Assembly: GCA_038328575.1 (NCBI GenBank)
Contig: JBBQMD010000004.1
Coordinates: 22,528 to 86,527, forward strand
Source of the DNA: Phycisphaerales bacterium
Lineage (GTDB): Bacteria > Planctomycetota > Phycisphaerae > Phycisphaerales > UBA1924
Direction: 5' to 3'
Length of the DNA: 64,000 bases
Shown here: in pieces, positions 60,615 to 64,000 of the stretch
Layout of the letters: every line of letters begins with the position of its first letter
Numbering within the stretch: the first letter of the stretch is position 1
Program-made: the position numbers and the translations under genes
Notes under the pieces: generated by a model
What the model saw: the letters and a program-made list of their open reading frames with translations, nothing else
The model's database searches: none
What the model was told of the DNA's origin: nothing

Positions 60615-61688
60615 TCAAACCTTCGCCCGCAGCGCATCCAGCACGAGCTCTCGCGCCCTTTCCAGCGGCACCTTGAGCTTGAGCCCCGCCGCCCGCGCAT
60701 GCCCCCCGCCGCCCATGCTCGCCGCGACCGCTGCGACATCCACGGCGCTCGCCCCAGGCTTGCTTCGCATCGAGACCTTCGTCGTCGGCTCCAGATCGCC
60801 CGCCCGCGTCGCGTCGGTAAAGACCGCGACCACCTGCACGCCGACCACCGACATCACCGGCTCCGCGAACCCGCCCGTGTCCTCCTGCCCCGCCTTGCAT
60901 TCTTGAATGTCGCGCGCCGTGATCGACACCACGCCCACCTTGCCCGCCGCCTCAAACGTCAGCGAGTTCAGCGCCCGCCCGAGCAGCAGCGGGCGCGCTT
61001 GCGAATCTTGCTGGCTGATCAACTCGTACAGCGTCGGGTGATCGACGCCGCTCTCCAGCAGGCGCGCCCCCAGCCGCATCGTCGCTGGCGTGGTGCTCGA
61101 GAACTTGAACCACCCGGTGTCCGTCGCCAGCCCGAGGTACAGCATCGTCGCGATGTCCGTCGGCAGCGCCGCGTCGGGCTTCAGGCCCAGCAGCTCATCG
61201 ATCACGCGCACAACAACTTCCGTCGCCGCCGCGGCCGTCGTGTCCACAAGCCGGCGCGCCGAGACCGCGGTATCGCCATTGAGATGATGGTCGATCACGA
61301 TCGTCTTGCTCGCGCGCGAGCGGACAAACGGCGCCACCGCGTCAAGCTGCACCCACGAGCCGGTGTCCGTGATCACGATCGCGTCCGGCTCGTCGGTGAT
61401 CAGATCCGCTGGCTGCGTCTCCGGGCTCAATCTTCGCAGCTTGACATCCCCCGCGATCGCCTTCAGCCACGCCTGAAACGGCCCAACGTGCCACACTTCC
61501 ACACCGATTCCCAGTTGCCGTAGCGCCCGCGCGATCGCCAGCGACGACCCCGCGGCGTCGCCGTCCGGCTTCGCGTGCGTCGTCACGATCACGCGCTTCG
61601 CCGCCCGCAGCGACGCAGCGATCTCCGCCGCGCTGGCATTGGTGACGTATCCCCCCGAACCCGCTCGCGCCTGTGTGCTGGTACTCAT
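60615..61688 (-). CDS. nrnA: DHH-family oligoribonuclease / pAp phosphatase
   Basis: 'TTHAKPDGDAAGS', 'VITDTG', 'VIDHHL', 'GGGHARAAG' (DHH + DHHA1). Start at ATG 61688. Confidence 0.8.
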   Translation of the reverse strand: MSTSTQARAGSGGYVTNASAAEIAASLRAAKRVIVTTHAKPDGDAAGSSLAIARALRQLGIGVEVWHVGPFQAWLKAIAGDVKLRRLSPETQPADLITDEPDAIVITDTGSWVQLDAVAPFVRSRASKTIVIDHHLNGDTAVSARRLVDTTAAAATEVVVRVIDELLGLKPDAALPTDIATMLYLGLATDTGWFKFSSTTPATMRLGARLLESGVDHPTLYELISQQDSQARPLLLGRALNSLTFEAAGKVGVVSITARDIQECKAGQEDTGGFAEPVMSVVGVQVVAVFTDATRAGDLEPTTKVSMRSKPGASAVDVAAVAASMGGGGHARAAGLKLKVPLERARELVLDALRAKV

Positions 61689-61705
61689 TGACTGTCCTTG
61701 CTCTC

Positions 61706-62737
61706 TCAAGCATTGCCCGAACCAACGACGCTCGCCGCTGGCACATGAATCGAATCTCCAGCGCCGGGCTCGCCCGAGCCCGTGCGCCACGAATCCACCC
61801 TCAAGCCACCGACGCGCCGACAATCAATCTCAAGCTGCGCCGTCAGCGCCTCCAGCGATGAGAACCGTGTCTGGTCGCGCAGCCAGCGCGTGAAGCGCAA
61901 CCGCAGCGGCCAGCCGTACTCCGGCAACCCTTCCACCGGCGACCACGCCCGCGAAACGCGGTGCTCAATCGATCCCGAGTCCAGCAGCAAGTGAGCCTCG
62001 AGCGTCGGCGGCGCGCCCGCAAACGTCGGTCGCTGACCGACATTCACCGCCGCGCGCACCACCCGACCGCTCGGCAGCATCGCCTCCGCGCCGTACACCG
62101 CATCAGCGGGCAACAACTGCTCCGTCTTGAGGTTTGCTGTCGGAAACCCAATGGTCCGGCCACGTCGATCGCCCCGCTCCACCACCGCATCGACCTCGTA
62201 CGCGCGACCGAGCAGGACCGCCGCGTCCGCCACGCGTCCCTGCTCGATCAGCCATCGCGTGAGCGAGCTGCTCACCCGCACGGCGGAGTGATCGTTCAGC
62301 ACCGCCTCGACCGGCTCCACCACGCGCACCTCAACGCCAAGCCGCGGGCCTAGCCACCGCAGCAACTCCACGTCACCCGCGCGCCGGTGCCCAAATCGAA
62401 AGTCCGGCCCTTCGACAACGCCGCGCACCCCATGCTCGCGCACGATCCCCGCCAAAAACTCCGCGGGTTCCAGCGCCAAAAGGTCCGGCGTGGGCGACAG
62501 TCGCACCACCTCGTCGGCCCCCGCCTCGCGCAGGAATCGCTCGCGCTGCGCCCACGTCGTGAGCCGCGCCGGTGCGCTGCCAGCCCGCAGGGCCGCCAGC
62601 GGGTGCGGATCAAAGCTGAACGCCAGCACGCGCTTGATCGACAGGTGGTCGGCCATCTCTCGCGCACCGCGCACCAGCGCCGCGTGCCCGATGTGTACGC
62701 CGTCCAGCACTCCGATCGTTGCGACGCTTGACACCAT
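61706..62737 (-). CDS. ribF: Bifunctional riboflavin kinase / FMN adenylyltransferase
   Basis: 'TIGVLDGVHIGHAALV', 'GFPTANL', 'EAHLL'. Start at ATG 62737 (MVSSVATIG...); ATG 62785 is an alternative. Confidence 0.85.
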   Translation of the reverse strand: MVSSVATIGVLDGVHIGHAALVRGAREMADHLSIKRVLAFSFDPHPLAALRAGSAPARLTTWAQRERFLREAGADEVVRLSPTPDLLALEPAEFLAGIVREHGVRGVVEGPDFRFGHRRAGDVELLRWLGPRLGVEVRVVEPVEAVLNDHSAVRVSSSLTRWLIEQGRVADAAVLLGRAYEVDAVVERGDRRGRTIGFPTANLKTEQLLPADAVYGAEAMLPSGRVVRAAVNVGQRPTFAGAPPTLEAHLLLDSGSIEHRVSRAWSPVEGLPEYGWPLRLRFTRWLRDQTRFSSLEALTAQLEIDCRRVGGLRVDSWRTGSGEPGAGDSIHVPAASVVGSGNA

Positions 62738-62807
62738 GAGCGATGAGGATAGACGAGCAGCGTCGGCACGCCGGCGCGATATCATGCGTTCGAAACACGG
62801 AGGCACC

Positions 62808-64000
62808 ATGAGCTGGTTTACACGAGGCAAGTCGGGTGTGACCGGAACAAGCAAAGACCGCCCTGCGAGCGTGGAGTCACGCGCTCGCAGCGCCGACTTC
62901 AACGCGCCCTTCGCGCCAGGCACTTCGCCCATCGGCCCGGACCTGGAGCCCCAGACCTTCGCCATCGGCGCCGAGATGCTCAACCGCGCCCGCGCGCACA
63001 AATCCGGCCTGCTCAGCAGCGCGTTCTATTCCGACGCGCTCATGAACTGGAGCATGAAAGACCCTAACTTCAAGGTCCAGATGTTTCGCTTCGTCGATGC
63101 CTTCCCCGTCCTGAAAAACACCGACGACGTCTACGACCACCTCAACGACTACCTCAGCCAGCCCGGCGTCACCGTCCCGGGCGTCATCGCCACCGCCCTG
63201 GCCGCCGGCAAGCTCGCCAAGGGCATCGCCGTCGGCACCATCCGCAAGCAGATCGAGGGCATGGCCGGCAAGTTCATCGCCGGCGCCGACGCCGCAAGCG
63301 CCCTCTCCAACCTCAAGACCATCTGGAACGACGGCATCGCCTTCAGCGTCGATCTCCTGGGCGAGGCCTGCCTCAGCGACGCCGAGGCCGACGCCTATCG
63401 CGACAAGTACCTTGACCTCATCAACAACCTTCCGGCCCAGGTCGCCGGCTGGCCCCGCAACGAGCGCCTCGAAACCGACCACCTCGGCAGCGTCCCGCGC
63501 ACCAACGTCAGCGTGAAGATCAGTTCCCTCAGCGCCCGCTGCGACCCGATCGACCCCGCCGGCGCACGGCGCGACCTCATGACCCGCCTGCGCCCGATCC
63601 TCGAAGCCGCGAAGGCCAGGGGCGTCTTCGTAAACTTTGACATGGAGCAATACTCCATGAAAGACTTCACGCTCGACCTCTTCATGCACTGCTGCCAGGA
63701 GATCGACTTCCACGCCGGCCTCGCCATGCAGGCCTACCTCCGCAGTGGCGAGGCCGACGCGCGCCGGATCTGCGATTGGGCCGCCCGCACCGGGCGCGTC
63801 GTCACCGTCCGCCTCGTCAAAGGCGCGTACTGGGACTACGAAGTCATCAACGCCGAGTCTCGCGGCTGGCCCACGCCCGTCTGGTCCAACAAACGTCAGA
63901 CCGACGCCTGCTTCGAACGCATGGCCCGCATCTTCGTCGACAGCACCCCAAGGGATGTGGGCGCCAACACCGGCGGCGTCAAGCTCGCCCTCGGCTCTCA
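62808..64000 (+). CDS. putA: Proline dehydrogenase domain protein (PutA-type), 3' end outside window
   Basis: Not in the ORF track because it has no stop in the window. My translation from ATG 62808 (GGAGG at 62799-803) gives 'MSWFTRGKSG...NVSVKISSLSARC...VFVNFDMEQY...VTVRLVKGAYWDYE', typical of a PRODH barrel. Confidence 0.8.
   Translation, partial: MSWFTRGKSGVTGTSKDRPASVESRARSADFNAPFAPGTSPIGPDLEPQTFAIGAEMLNRARAHKSGLLSSAFYSDALMNWSMKDPNFKVQMFRFVDAFPVLKNTDDVYDHLNDYLSQPGVTVPGVIATALAAGKLAKGIAVGTIRKQIEGMAGKFIAGADAASALSNLKTIWNDGIAFSVDLLGEACLSDAEADAYRDKYLDLINNLPAQVAGWPRNERLETDHLGSVPRTNVSVKISSLSARCDPIDPAGARRDLMTRLRPILEAAKARGVFVNFDMEQYSMKDFTLDLFMHCCQEIDFHAGLAMQAYLRSGEADARRICDWAARTGRVVTVRLVKGAYWDYEVINAESRGWPTPVWSNKRQTDACFERMARIFVDSTPRDVGANTGGVKLALGS

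Overview
64 kb of GC-rich bacterial chromosome (about two-thirds G+C by eye, not computed). I call 54 protein genes, 2 tRNAs (Arg-UCG, Val-CAC), several intrinsic-terminator hairpins and a few short intergenic repeats. I found no rRNA, CRISPR array, transposase, integrase or prophage. Most genes are housekeeping: purF, ctaB with SCO and an ABC exporter, queF, kdsB, def-fmt, hpnH, thyX, an E2 acyltransferase, rny, rpsB-tsf, pssA-psd, nrnA-ribF and the putA 5' end. Accessory content is mixed in. This includes an Lhr-like helicase + PdeM pair, an ECF sigma/anti-sigma pair, DUF58 + TgpA, and a run of secreted surface proteins at 27.4-40.8 kb. The DUF1559/'H-X9-DG'-like domain, hopanoid hpnH, RNase Y, dockerin-type repeats and frequent Pro/Ala-rich linkers suggest Planctomycetota, possibly Phycisphaerae-like; this is inference only. 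The items most worth a second look are: (1) a duplicated Cys-bracketed ~40-aa C-terminal module shared by two unrelated secreted proteins, near a protein with canonical dockerin repeats; (2) an anti-sigma factor whose extracytoplasmic part looks like a DUF1559 pseudopilin domain; (3) a PilZ-receiver-Hpt protein in which both phosphorylation sites appear substituted; (4) a helicase-PdeM pair lacking the usual ligase and exonuclease partners. None is proven novel from sequence alone. The track lists many long antisense ORFs; these are GC-driven shadows and I rejected them. Start codons are often ambiguous, because GTG/TTG starts occur and few genes have a clear Shine-Dalgarno.
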